Part shown: in pieces, positions 9,135 through 18,376 of the stretch | How the letters are laid out: every line of letters begins with the position of its first letter | Position numbering within the stretch: position 1 is the stretch's first letter | Position numbers and translations under genes: made by a program | From: Gallionella sp. | GTDB lineage: Bacteria; Pseudomonadota; Gammaproteobacteria; Burkholderiales; Gallionellaceae | Direction of reading: 5' to 3' | NCBI GenBank assembly: GCA_003134595.1 | Contig: PLBS01000005.1 | Coordinates: 130-64,129 of the forward strand | Length of the DNA stretch: 64,000 nucleotides | Notes under the pieces: generated by a model | The model's database searches: none | Seen by the model: the letters and a program-made list of their open reading frames with translations, nothing else | Told to the model about the DNA's origin: nothing

Positions 9135-11056
9135 GATTTATCTCCTTGTGTGGTGTTATCTTCCGTATCATTTGTTTCAGCCATTTTGTGCTCATAGTAG
9201 GGGCTTTGCTTGCGCCACTGTCGCATGACAATCGTGTAGTCTTCTAGCTGTCTTGATGCGGCCCAACCACCCTCGTCTTCATAGCCATTCGTGGCATCGC
9301 CACGAACAGCAACGTTTGGATCCCTGCTATCTGGCCATCGGTTCTTATCCGGCGTGTTGATGAGGGTTCGCATTGGCAGACTTACAGCCTCTCCGACAAT
9401 AATCGCCTCGCCCGTTCGAAGTATAGGGAGCATATCGAACAAACCTTTGAGATTGTCTGACGCAGCCCCGGTCACCTGTCCGCGGTCGGTGTCATTGGCT
9501 AAACGCATGGCGAAAATTGTGCCGCATTGCGAAAGGATGGTGGGATCGATCTCCGACGGGCGTTGACTCACGACCATGACACCCACGCCATACTTGCGGC
9601 CTTCTTTGGCAATACGCCGTACTGCACTAGATGCTGCACCAACATGCTCCTTCCCTAAGTATGCATGCGCTTCTTCGAGCACGAGCAATAGAGGTCGTAA
9701 ACGACCGCCTTCGGGCAGGTTTCTCGCCCAAAAGAGAGCGTCGTAGAGAATACGCAGCAAAGCACCGATGAGGTCATTCAGCACCGCCGGGGGAATTCCA
9801 GACAGATCTAGAATTGAGATGGGGGCGGGACTCCCTAACCATTCTTTGAGCAACGCATCTAGATCTTTGGTAACAGCTCCTGTGATATCGGGGCACCACT
9901 CACCAGGATTAAAAAGGAAGGAGAACTGTGGGTCGCGTAGCTTGGAGCCGAGGATCGCCAGCTGTTGCCGAATGTTAATTGGGTCGCGCCCCCAATTTAC
10001 TCGTTCATTCGCTGGTCCGGTGGTCTTGACCGTACGATATAGCGGGGGCGTTACCGACATTGCATCGCCGAGTTGCACCTTGTTGCCGTTGCCGTCAAGG
10101 ACGTAGGCCGACTCCACTTCGTCGGGGGCACCACCTGGCTTTGGAATGATAGTACGATGTTCTCGTTGGTGTAGGTCGAACCAGAGTTTATGAATACAGA
10201 ATGGCACTGGTGTATCTACAGTTAGCCTCGCGGCGTTGACCCCCTCGCGTGCCTGATTGCCTAACGACTCGCGTTTAAGCGCTACGATGGCGTCAGCAAC
10301 GGCCGCCCTTGCCTCGTCGTTCAAATCTCCGAAAGACAGCTTTACGAATTCGTCGAAGCTAAGAGCCCAGAAGGGTATCTCTAGTGGCTTCTCGCCCTTC
10401 TCCACATTGGCGTCTGTTGACACCCTGAATACGGAAGATCTGTCTGCCAGCGCTTTCGCATACTCACCGTGAATGTCCAAGACGACGATGCGGGCTGAGG
10501 GATAGCGATTCGGTTCCGAAAGTGCGGTAAGAAGCCCAGCTACAGTCGTCGATTTGCCGGCACCTGTCGTACCGACAACCGCTGAATGGCGAGTGACAAG
10601 TTTGTTAATATTGACGAGCGCCGGAATCGACTCTGCACTAGCCAAGTGGCCGACCGTTACGAAATCAACCGGATCACCAGGTCCGTATATTTCCCGAAGA
10701 TCCTCCTCGGTAACGATATGCACGGCGTCATTGATGGTGGGATGCTGTGAAACACCTCGCTCGAATTTACCAGCACGACCTCTTTCGCCAACCAGTTGCA
10801 CTTTGAGCCACTGATTGCCCCATGGCTGCAAGTCGCTTTCCTTCTTTGGTGCGGCTCCCGCTCCAACTTGCGAGACGATCCCAAACAGCGACGTATAGCC
10901 CAGCGGAATACGGACGAAGCTCCCGACCTGGCCAATCCGGTATGACTCTCCCTTATAAAAGCTGAGCCCGGTGGCGGTCTCGCTCTCCAGCGAGACACTC
11001 ACTGAAGTGCCGGCCACATCCTGCACCGTTCCGATAAGAGTTGGATCACGACGCAT
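9131..11056 (-). CDS. herA: HerA-family ATPase (Sir2-HerA-type anti-phage system); likely start MRRDPTLIG at 11056
   Basis: HAS barrel (IGQVGSFVRI), RHSAVVGTTGAGKST, DIHGEY, LEEAHAYL, IAKEGRKYGV, SQRPSE; start overlaps the SIR2 stop by 11 bp. Confidence 0.9.
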   Translation of the reverse strand: MRRDPTLIGTVQDVAGTSVSVSLESETATGLSFYKGESYRIGQVGSFVRIPLGYTSLFGIVSQVGAGAAPKKESDLQPWGNQWLKVQLVGERGRAGKFERGVSQHPTINDAVHIVTEEDLREIYGPGDPVDFVTVGHLASAESIPALVNINKLVTRHSAVVGTTGAGKSTTVAGLLTALSEPNRYPSARIVVLDIHGEYAKALADRSSVFRVSTDANVEKGEKPLEIPFWALSFDEFVKLSFGDLNDEARAAVADAIVALKRESLGNQAREGVNAARLTVDTPVPFCIHKLWFDLHQREHRTIIPKPGGAPDEVESAYVLDGNGNKVQLGDAMSVTPPLYRTVKTTGPANERVNWGRDPINIRQQLAILGSKLRDPQFSFLFNPGEWCPDITGAVTKDLDALLKEWLGSPAPISILDLSGIPPAVLNDLIGALLRILYDALFWARNLPEGGRLRPLLLVLEEAHAYLGKEHVGAASSAVRRIAKEGRKYGVGVMVVSQRPSEIDPTILSQCGTIFAMRLANDTDRGQVTGAASDNLKGLFDMLPILRTGEAIIVGEAVSLPMRTLINTPDKNRWPDSRDPNVAVRGDATNGYEDEGGWAASRQLEDYTIVMRQWRKQSPYYEHKMAETNDTEDNTTQGDKS

Positions 11057-12368
11057 CGCTAACTTCCTGCTCGACATCCCGACTGGAAAGCTGATGAGCC
11101 AACAAGCGTCCAAGCGCCGCAAAATCTCCGAGGAGCCATTTGCAACGATCCGCAGGAGCCGCGGTGCGTGAGCTTGGCAAATCTGTTGCAACGGCAATCG
11201 GATAAGCTGGATTCTCGTCTTTGACTTTGCTGTCCCAAGCGCGATCAATGGTTCCGACAACTCCACCATCTGCCGCCAGGAGCGTCAAATTGGCATGCCG
11301 CTTTGCAAGCTTAACTCCTTTTGGAACATTGTTGCGATCATTGAAAATCATCCCGAGACATGCTGCATTAGGGTTTCCTGAAAGCCCCTGAGCGATAATG
11401 GCGTTGATGTGCTCATCGCCGAAGGAATAGCCACAAGTCAGAAGGACGCATTGGTCAGTACGCAGAAACACCCTCAATCGATCAAGCATGGCGTAATACG
11501 GCATCTGTCGACTTTGATCGTACTTGAGATGAGATGGATAAATTAGAAGTTGCTCTCCCTCGACTTTGTCACGACTCCGCCGAATTTTCTTTTTGGCAGT
11601 CATCCACCAGTTGATGGAACCGTGTATCTTCCAAAGCCGTGCCCAACGTGGGGGCAGATCATCCTCTGCCATCGAGTCAAGATCCAAGAACGCACTGTCC
11701 GAACCGACAAAACCGTCAAAGTAAGGGACGAGCTGCTCTTCTAGCGCTTGTTCCATCGACAGATCGTAGTTAGTGGTGAAAATCTCCACTGGCCTATCTC
11801 GAGGAATAGCCTGAATCCAACTCGCAAGCACATGGTACGGCGTATCGCTCGAAGGGAGGGGCTTGCTGACAATATTGCGAACTTTCTCGCAGATTGCGAG
11901 ATCGAGCTTGTCGAGAATATCTTCGGAAAAACCATCAATCTTATCTCCCTCACCCTTTCCGCAAATAGATTTTAGTGTCCGAATATGGCTGAGCACGTCT
12001 TCAACCGTCGGAGTTGAAATGCTGCGCGCGGCCACGCGATTCCATGCAGTCTGCGCAACTTCTTTTAATATGATGTCTTTGTCCAGATAGGCTTTAACCT
12101 GTTCCGTGAGGCCGGTAATATCAGGGATCAGTGGCTTTCCGTCAGCGCCTTGAACAGACAATGAACAGCCAGCACCGATAAAGAAACCGACGCGCATCTT
12201 GTTCGGGGCAAGGCGCTGTAAAAGGTCAGTAGTCCGGCGATAAGGACAATGCAATGGGCCGGACGGCGCAGGTTGGTTCGGTGCCAAAGTTGCAGCGACT
12301 GTCGTTGGCTGGGCTACTGAAGCCGAGATTGTGTTAGATGCGTCTGCATCTACTTTATTTTTTTTCAT
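11046..12368 (-). CDS. SIR2-family protein (NADase effector, partner of HerA)
   Basis: FFIGAGCS, IFTTNYDL..E, KIHGSINW, GYSFGDEHIN SIR2_2 motifs. Confidence 0.92.
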   Translation of the reverse strand: MKKNKVDADASNTISASVAQPTTVAATLAPNQPAPSGPLHCPYRRTTDLLQRLAPNKMRVGFFIGAGCSLSVQGADGKPLIPDITGLTEQVKAYLDKDIILKEVAQTAWNRVAARSISTPTVEDVLSHIRTLKSICGKGEGDKIDGFSEDILDKLDLAICEKVRNIVSKPLPSSDTPYHVLASWIQAIPRDRPVEIFTTNYDLSMEQALEEQLVPYFDGFVGSDSAFLDLDSMAEDDLPPRWARLWKIHGSINWWMTAKKKIRRSRDKVEGEQLLIYPSHLKYDQSRQMPYYAMLDRLRVFLRTDQCVLLTCGYSFGDEHINAIIAQGLSGNPNAACLGMIFNDRNNVPKGVKLAKRHANLTLLAADGGVVGTIDRAWDSKVKDENPAYPIAVATDLPSSRTAAPADRCKWLLGDFAALGRLLAHQLSSRDVEQEVSDAS

Positions 12369-13683
12369 CAGGCTCCCCTTTCGAGTCAGACTCTAACGTC
12401 AGGAGCCCAATCCCATCGATCTCTTGCAAAGACTTACCCGCGATGCCCTGCAGATCGCCATACATGCCAACAGTAGCATTCATTACACGCTCGATTTGTC
12501 CTTCTCGTTTCGCCCATTGCTTCATGATGGCCTTGCGCTCCTTGTCCAAGTCATCCTTCATTCCTGAGAATGACTCAACGATTGCCTCGATGCGGTGGCG
12601 AAACCGTGGGCCGGTGAGGTACTGATAGACTAATTCCGTCTTAGTCTGTTGCCCCTCGCTGACCTGCCGGGCCATGCTTACTTGCAAAAGCGTGTGGCGC
12701 AGCACTGTTGCCACCGGAAGCGCAGCAAGTGGACTTGCCACCCACACGCCGTCTATCACGTCAAATGCCTCCACTCCCTTCGGGAGAACTTGGCTCACGA
12801 TAACAGAGATTTCGGCCTTCGCGGTTCGTTGATCCTCCCGGAGCTTGGTTAACCAACCATCGCTCCAGTTTTTAGTGCGTTTAGATTCCCAGAGGATTGC
12901 TCCACATTGCTGGCCGGTGCTACTAACCACCCGCTGTAGTACATCCCCACCAAACTCTCCCTTTGGCACCGGCTCAATGGAATCAAACGGAAATTTCACC
13001 CGCAGCATATTTTCTAGTTCTAATTCTTGCACTTCTCCCTGAAGCTGTTGAGACCCCTGTTCCAACTTGCGGCGCAAATCTTCGTTAGATTTCTGTGCAT
13101 CTTCAATTTTTTTCTTATATTCTGCTTCAATCATGGCAAAGTGATTACTCTCTTTGAGGGTAATTTCCTCCACAAGTTTTTGCCGCTCTACGTCTAGTTG
13201 ACGTTGGAGCTCTAGTTGCAGATTGCCCTGAGCTTCCTCAAGAGTTTTTTTCTGTTTACGCAAGTCCAACTCTTGATCCCGAAACTGCCTGAGCTTTTCA
13301 TCCTTATCTTTTAGCTCCTCAGCAAACATTTTTTTCTCCTGCTCAAACTCCTGTAAAGCTTTTGCCTTACCTTCTACCTGAGCCTTGGCGATTAGAGCTT
13401 TCGCTTCTTCAGCAGCTTTCTTTTGTTCAATGACCTGCTCATTGAGCTTAGAAATTTGATCAGAGAATTGCTTGGTAACTTTGCGCTCGGCTTCTTTTGC
13501 GAGTTGCACCTCAAGAACTTTTTTCTGTTCTGCAAACGCGTTATCAAACTCTTTCTCATAACCCTCAATGGTCTGACGAGTGATGCCCTGATCAAGAGGA
13601 AAATGGTGGTCGCACTTAGGGCAGACTATAGTTTCATTAGAAGTGATAATTATTTTACTAGTCATGATGTAACTCGCTTTCAT
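12355..13683 (-). CDS. DUF2130 domain protein (zinc ribbon, coiled coil, restriction-endonuclease-like C-terminus)
   Basis: CPKC at N-terminus, long coiled coil, SQQLQGEVQELELE..L..FPFD.I..VPKG..GGDV...ILWESKRTKNWS. Confidence 0.88.
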   Translation of the reverse strand: MKASYIMTSKIIITSNETIVCPKCDHHFPLDQGITRQTIEGYEKEFDNAFAEQKKVLEVQLAKEAERKVTKQFSDQISKLNEQVIEQKKAAEEAKALIAKAQVEGKAKALQEFEQEKKMFAEELKDKDEKLRQFRDQELDLRKQKKTLEEAQGNLQLELQRQLDVERQKLVEEITLKESNHFAMIEAEYKKKIEDAQKSNEDLRRKLEQGSQQLQGEVQELELENMLRVKFPFDSIEPVPKGEFGGDVLQRVVSSTGQQCGAILWESKRTKNWSDGWLTKLREDQRTAKAEISVIVSQVLPKGVEAFDVIDGVWVASPLAALPVATVLRHTLLQVSMARQVSEGQQTKTELVYQYLTGPRFRHRIEAIVESFSGMKDDLDKERKAIMKQWAKREGQIERVMNATVGMYGDLQGIAGKSLQEIDGIGLLTLESDSKGEPDEKK

Positions 13684-13822
13684 GTCTTAACAACAACGTT
13701 ACGTCAGTACTAGCACAACGCTCTGAGGGGTCGGCAGCTAAAGGCATCAACTTGAAATTGATTTCTTGGACAATTTCATTCCAAAGATATCGGGCGATTA
13801 TTTTGCCTATGAGGAACATGCA

Positions 13823-14752
13823 CTATTCGCTTTCTGTTGAAAAATGTTGCGCAGCATAAGAAACCAGGGCGGTTGTTACCATTAGCAACATCTGCGCTCC
13901 AAGACGATTGAAGTGGTTATGCGCGCTATGATGTGGTTTGTTTGTGGCATCCTTAATTGCTCCCAAGGAAGAATCAAGCCACTGATGGGTGGCTGCCCCC
14001 AATCTTGATTCCCAGCTCTTTTTCAAGCGGGGGACTTTCTTGCCAGAGGCATCTTCTAGTGTTTCAAAAAACTGCTCGATAGCGATCCGACAGGAACCAG
14101 CTGTTTCGTCGTACAACCCAAGTGAAAATTGCTTCTGTGCTTTCTCCAATGCCTTGTAAGAATGATCTAGCTCTTTGCACGAGACCAAGCTAACAGCAGG
14201 CAATTCCACAACCATCACATTGCCATACCCAAGTCCCGGTAGAACCTTTTCGCGCCAATGAGTGTCAGGAACAGTGAATGGTATATCACCGTAAATGCAA
14301 GATACGTCTATCAACCCGCATGGAAAATCCGGCGTATGAGGGTTGTTCCCGAAAAGTTGTACCTCCAGATTGATACGTAGAATTGCACTAAAACTTTTGC
14401 CAGCACGTTGTTGCTCGAGCCATTCAATACGGCGTGCATCAAGAGGTATTTCTACGTTGACATGATATTCTTCTACTGGATATTTTTGATTGCCCAAACG
14501 CCTTTGGTTCATCGAATATGTCTTGATGTCGGCAACTTTTTCAGTACCGATGATCAGTTCCCCAACTAGCGTGCCAAACGACCACGCTTGAACTTTTTTT
14601 TGCAGATGTTCGGAAGCCTCCTCATTGATTCTAAGTTTCACCTGAAAATATAGACGTGGAAAGCAAGCGGCACCTACCCCGCTAATGTTCGCGACATTTA
14701 TGCTTGCCTCAATCTTTAGGCCAGTATTGACGCTGTATAAGGATGTATCCAC
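13823..14752 (-). CDS. Hypothetical protein with a possible C-terminal HEPN/Abi_C-like helical domain
   Basis: 309-aa ORF; C-terminal 'LEKAQKQF..GLYDETAGSCRIAIE...TNKPHH' resembles HEPN helices but lacks a clear RxxxxH. Confidence 0.55.
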   Translation of the reverse strand: MDTSLYSVNTGLKIEASINVANISGVGAACFPRLYFQVKLRINEEASEHLQKKVQAWSFGTLVGELIIGTEKVADIKTYSMNQRRLGNQKYPVEEYHVNVEIPLDARRIEWLEQQRAGKSFSAILRINLEVQLFGNNPHTPDFPCGLIDVSCIYGDIPFTVPDTHWREKVLPGLGYGNVMVVELPAVSLVSCKELDHSYKALEKAQKQFSLGLYDETAGSCRIAIEQFFETLEDASGKKVPRLKKSWESRLGAATHQWLDSSLGAIKDATNKPHHSAHNHFNRLGAQMLLMVTTALVSYAAQHFSTESE

Positions 14753-14917
14753 TTATTCAATCTCATTCCATGTTGATAAGAATTAATGAAAATTTAAAGG
14801 GGCCATCTCATTGCTATTGGCACACTGCGGAACGACAATGTTGTTATTTCGCAGTTCTAAACCGGATGCTCTTAATCTTCCTCTTCTGGCACAAAAGCGA
14901 CAATTATTGTCTCCACA

Positions 14918-16210
14918 CTACCTCGCCATCGGCAAATCATTCCAATCCGTGGTGTAGTTCTGCGACATTCTATCCCGACGCATTGCCCAGCGGTGACTGA
15001 TACCCGATGCCGCTATTGTCATACTTCCCTGCCCCATTTTCCGGTTGATCGTGTCCATGACACACATCATGCTGTCTGACTTGGTCTGCTTGGCTGCGTC
15101 ATCGAACAGCGTAGCTTGTAATGTTTCTTTACTCTGCAATCCCATCAACAACACTCCCGACTTCTTGTAACGGTAGCCACTGCGATATATTTTCTTTAGT
15201 CCGTTGAGCGCTGCACTGATTAATGTCATCGTGTCATCGCTTGGCTGACCCAATGGAACGATCATTGAGCGTTGGTATTGTGGCTCGTCTTCCTTGAACG
15301 GATTCGTGCGAACGTAGACACATACACTGGCTGCGACGGATCCATCATATCTAAGTTTTTCTGCTGCTTTGGTAGCGAAGTAAGATACCGATTCGGCCAG
15401 GTCATCCAGTGCAGTCACTTCCGAGCCGAATGATCTGGACACCATAATTTGCTGCCGTGGAGTGCCGGCTTCCTCCAACTCGATGCATGGAATGCCGTTG
15501 AGTTCCTGCAATGTACGTTCCAGAACCACAGAGAATTGCTCTCGGATAGCCTTTTGGCTGGCCGTTCTCAGGTCTTCGACAGTTTCGATGTTCATTGTGA
15601 GTAGTTTTTCTGTAATGCGTCGGCCAACACCCCACGCTTCACCCACCGGTATGCTCGCAAATAGTGCGCTGCACTCTTGTTCATCCAGCCGGCCAAAATC
15701 ACACACGCCATTTTCACCAGCCAGTCCTTTTTTTGCACAGTGATTCGCTAACTTGGCAAGCGTCTTGGTATCAGCAATGCCAACACAAACAGGGATACCG
15801 ACGTTGTGCTTCACGGTTTGTCGAATCCTCTGGCCGTAGGTCATCAGCGATTGCGGCTCGAAACCATTGAGGTCAAGAAAGCATTCGTCGATGGAATAGA
15901 TTTCCTGCTTGGGTGAAAAATTGGACAAAATGGACATCACCCGTGCAGACAGGTCGCCATACAAAGTGTAGTTGCTGGAGAACGCGATAATGCCATACTG
16001 CTTCGCCAGTTTTTCCATCTTGAACCACGGCTCGCCCATCTTGAGGCCGAGCGCCTTAACTTCATTCGATCGGGAGACAGCCACCCCATCATTATTGGAG
16101 AGCACAACTACTGGCTTGTCCTCCAGTTTGGGGTTGAACATCCGTTCGCATGAGACATAAAAGTTATTACAATCGACAAGGGCGATGGGCATGGCATCAG
16201 CCTTTAACAA
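14918..16210 (-). CDS. umuC: Y-family DNA polymerase V subunit UmuC
   Basis: [40 protein letters not shown]...YTT. Confidence 0.96.
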   Translation of the reverse strand: MLKADAMPIALVDCNNFYVSCERMFNPKLEDKPVVVLSNNDGVAVSRSNEVKALGLKMGEPWFKMEKLAKQYGIIAFSSNYTLYGDLSARVMSILSNFSPKQEIYSIDECFLDLNGFEPQSLMTYGQRIRQTVKHNVGIPVCVGIADTKTLAKLANHCAKKGLAGENGVCDFGRLDEQECSALFASIPVGEAWGVGRRITEKLLTMNIETVEDLRTASQKAIREQFSVVLERTLQELNGIPCIELEEAGTPRQQIMVSRSFGSEVTALDDLAESVSYFATKAAEKLRYDGSVAASVCVYVRTNPFKEDEPQYQRSMIVPLGQPSDDTMTLISAALNGLKKIYRSGYRYKKSGVLLMGLQSKETLQATLFDDAAKQTKSDSMMCVMDTINRKMGQGSMTIAASGISHRWAMRRDRMSQNYTTDWNDLPMAR

Positions 16211-16655
16211 ACCTTTTCACAGTCGATGTCACAACTCCCCACACTTGCAGCTCCTGCCCGTCCTTGAGTTCGATTTCCTTGAAGCGTGGATTTTCCGGTT
16301 TAAGAATAACTTTGCTGCCACGTTGGATGAAACGCTTAACCGTTAGCTCATTGTCGATCACGGCTATCACGATGTCACCGGACGATGGGGTGAGTGATTT
16401 GTCGACCACGAGAAGATTTCCATCAAATATGCCTGCGCCCACCATGCTGTTTCCCTTGGCACGCACGAAAAATGTTGAATCCTTATGCGGAACCAGGTGT
16501 TCGTCCAGGCTCAACCTGCCTTCAATGTAATCATCGGCTGGAGAAGGGAATCCAGCGGGAACATTGTGGCCAAACAAGGGTACTAGAATGGGCAGTATGC
16601 CGATCGCCGGTAGCTTGAAGAAAATTTGCTGCGAGGTGCTAATCATGGTGGTCAA
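16197..16655 (-). CDS. umuD: UmuD (S24 peptidase, Pol V subunit)
   Basis: VPAGFPSPA cleavage site, GNSM, TVKR catalytic motifs; overlaps umuC. Confidence 0.96.
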   Translation of the reverse strand: MTTMISTSQQIFFKLPAIGILPILVPLFGHNVPAGFPSPADDYIEGRLSLDEHLVPHKDSTFFVRAKGNSMVGAGIFDGNLLVVDKSLTPSSGDIVIAVIDNELTVKRFIQRGSKVILKPENPRFKEIELKDGQELQVWGVVTSTVKRFVKG

Positions 16656-16678
16656 CGGACAGGATGAACGTTTGACAC

Positions 16679-16707
16679 ATCATAGAGAACGTCCGTTCTG
16701 TTGTCAA
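16679..16707 (-). promoter_or_regulatory. Sigma70 promoter of umuDC with a palindromic SOS box AGAAC-GTCC-GTTCT (16686-16699) in the spacer
   Basis: Minus strand TTGACA (16707-16702), 17 bp, TATGAT (16684-16679); GAAC-N4-GTTC palindrome between them. Confidence 0.8.
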
Positions 16708-16712
16708 ACCAA

Positions 16713-17393
16713 TCAGGTTTGCATAGGTAGTGGCACTATCAGCCCAGCATCATCCCTCAACCCCACCCGGTTAACTTCGCGGGTGACAGCCCATGCTTGC
16801 ATCGATTCGGGATCATGCGGTCGAATCAGGGGTAACAACTTGTCAGCCTGATGCTCTAGCGGGGACAGCCAAGTAGCCCATTGGTCAGGGTCAAGGATTA
16901 CGGGCATCCGGTCATGGATCGGTTCCATGAGCTTGTTAACGTTGGTAGTGATGATGCAGCAACTCTCGATGGTTTCCCCTTCCTTCGGATGCCACGTCTC
17001 CCAAAGCCCGGCGAACGCCATCGGAACGCCTGATTTGAGTCTGATGTACCACGGCTGTTTAACGCCCTTCTCGGTCTCCCATTCATAAAAGCCGGAAGCG
17101 GGTATGAGGCAGCGTCGGGACTTGAAGGCAGACCTGAATGATGGTTTCTCGGCAACAGTTTCACCACGGGCATTGGCTAGCTTATTGCCGATCGCGGCGT
17201 CTTTTGCCCACGATGGAATCAGTCCCCATTTCATTTTGTGGAGATGTCTGCGTCCTTCCTTATCACCAGTGATGGTACATATCCGAGACGAAGGGGCGAT
17301 GTTCCAGGAGGGGGAGAATTCCGGATTGCCGGATAGATAAAAGTATTCAGCAAACTTGAGGGGATTTTCGTTCAGTGCAAAGCGGCCACACAT
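16713..17393 (-). CDS. SOS response-associated peptidase (SRAP/YedK); start MCGRF
   Basis: MCGRF N-terminus, WGLIPSW, NARGET, GFYEW, HDRMPVIL. Confidence 0.94.
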   Translation of the reverse strand: MCGRFALNENPLKFAEYFYLSGNPEFSPSWNIAPSSRICTITGDKEGRRHLHKMKWGLIPSWAKDAAIGNKLANARGETVAEKPSFRSAFKSRRCLIPASGFYEWETEKGVKQPWYIRLKSGVPMAFAGLWETWHPKEGETIESCCIITTNVNKLMEPIHDRMPVILDPDQWATWLSPLEHQADKLLPLIRPHDPESMQAWAVTREVNRVGLRDDAGLIVPLPMQT

Positions 17394-17394
17394 A

Positions 17395-17910
17395 TCAATC
17401 AACCCTCTTAAACCGAAATTGCTGGTGATTTGGCACATACCGTTTCCAAGCCTCTATCCAATTTGTTCTCATCGCGTGTTGTGCTTCAACAAGTGATATT
17501 TCTTGCGCGCATACCATCTTGTAAAGCACAAACTCCAGCCTATCCTTCTTCTTGGCATTCCATTCGCTGATTCGTGGCTCTGGCCACAGGTTGCGTGGAT
17601 CATCTGGTGCGCCACCAATTGAAAGGGCGATCAGATGGTCTTCTTCGTAATGCTTGGGATTTTTGTCTGCATAGCCGTACTCGCGCAACTGCCGCTTCTT
17701 GAGTTTGTTCGTGAAGTGAGCGGGCGGTCGAATCGTTTTGGTATAGCCTTTGACACAGACTGTGGAGTGGATATTTTCTTGGGTAACGTTGGAATTGATT
17801 GCGCCGGGGGTAAGCACATGATCGGGCAGGTCAGATGCCCATGCAGGGAAAGAAAGAGCCAGCGCAAAGGTGGCCAGCAGCAGAAGGAATCGGGTACAGT
17901 AGAACTTCAT
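17395..17910 (-). CDS. Secreted HNH-like protein
   Basis: Signal peptide (LLLLATFALALSFPAWA), TPGA, YEEDHLIALSIGG...NLWPEP HNH-like motif. Confidence 0.7.
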   Translation of the reverse strand: MKFYCTRFLLLLATFALALSFPAWASDLPDHVLTPGAINSNVTQENIHSTVCVKGYTKTIRPPAHFTNKLKKRQLREYGYADKNPKHYEEDHLIALSIGGAPDDPRNLWPEPRISEWNAKKKDRLEFVLYKMVCAQEISLVEAQHAMRTNWIEAWKRYVPNHQQFRFKRVD

Positions 17911-17925
17911 TTTCGGAGAATCCCC

Positions 17926-18204
17926 ATGTCTGATTTATCGACGTTTGGACAATATAACAAACTCGCTGATCTTCTTATCGAAAAAGTGAGCAAGGAGGAC
18001 CTGGCTGAATGCGCGAGGCTGTTGGCCATGAATGTGGCGCACTATCAGTCGAAGTACGGCGAGTTACCGCTTGATGAAAAACTCGCCCTGATCGGCATGA
18101 CCAAGCCCAATGTAGAGCAAATTCAGCTTATGACAGATGGAATTGAGATTCTCGTTGGGGTTCTTAGCAATGTTGTAGTGGGGATTGAGCAAGCGAGACA
18201 TTGA
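17926..18204 (+). CDS. Hypothetical protein (92 aa)
   Basis: GGAG RBS before ATG 17926; helical sequence MSDLSTFGQYNKLAD... Confidence 0.6.
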   Translation: MSDLSTFGQYNKLADLLIEKVSKEDLAECARLLAMNVAHYQSKYGELPLDEKLALIGMTKPNVEQIQLMTDGIEILVGVLSNVVVGIEQARH

Positions 18205-18284
18205 ACGTCAAAAAACGGAACTTGGTGACATGCCGCTCCCGACACACTGCCGCCCGTTCGGAGAATCGCCATGAAGTTCCGCAA

Positions 18285-18376
18285 CTCGGCCTTAGCGGAC
18301 TAAGTCGATTTCCTAAAAAGGTTGTTGGTGCAGCCTGCCGGGATGTCTGCTTTCAACTTTTTCTAACAGTCACTTT
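18285..18376. repeat. 92-bp dispersed element, copy A (overlaps the 3' end of MkoB)
   Basis: Ungapped alignment to 23626-23717 (15 mismatches) and to the reverse complement of 27697-27788 (26 mismatches), counted by eye. Confidence 0.9.

Noticed and set aside
11057-11269. 71-aa N-terminal extension of the HerA ORF in the track
   Set aside because: It overlaps SIR2 by over 200 bp; ATG 11056 has an RBS-like sequence and begins the HAS barrel
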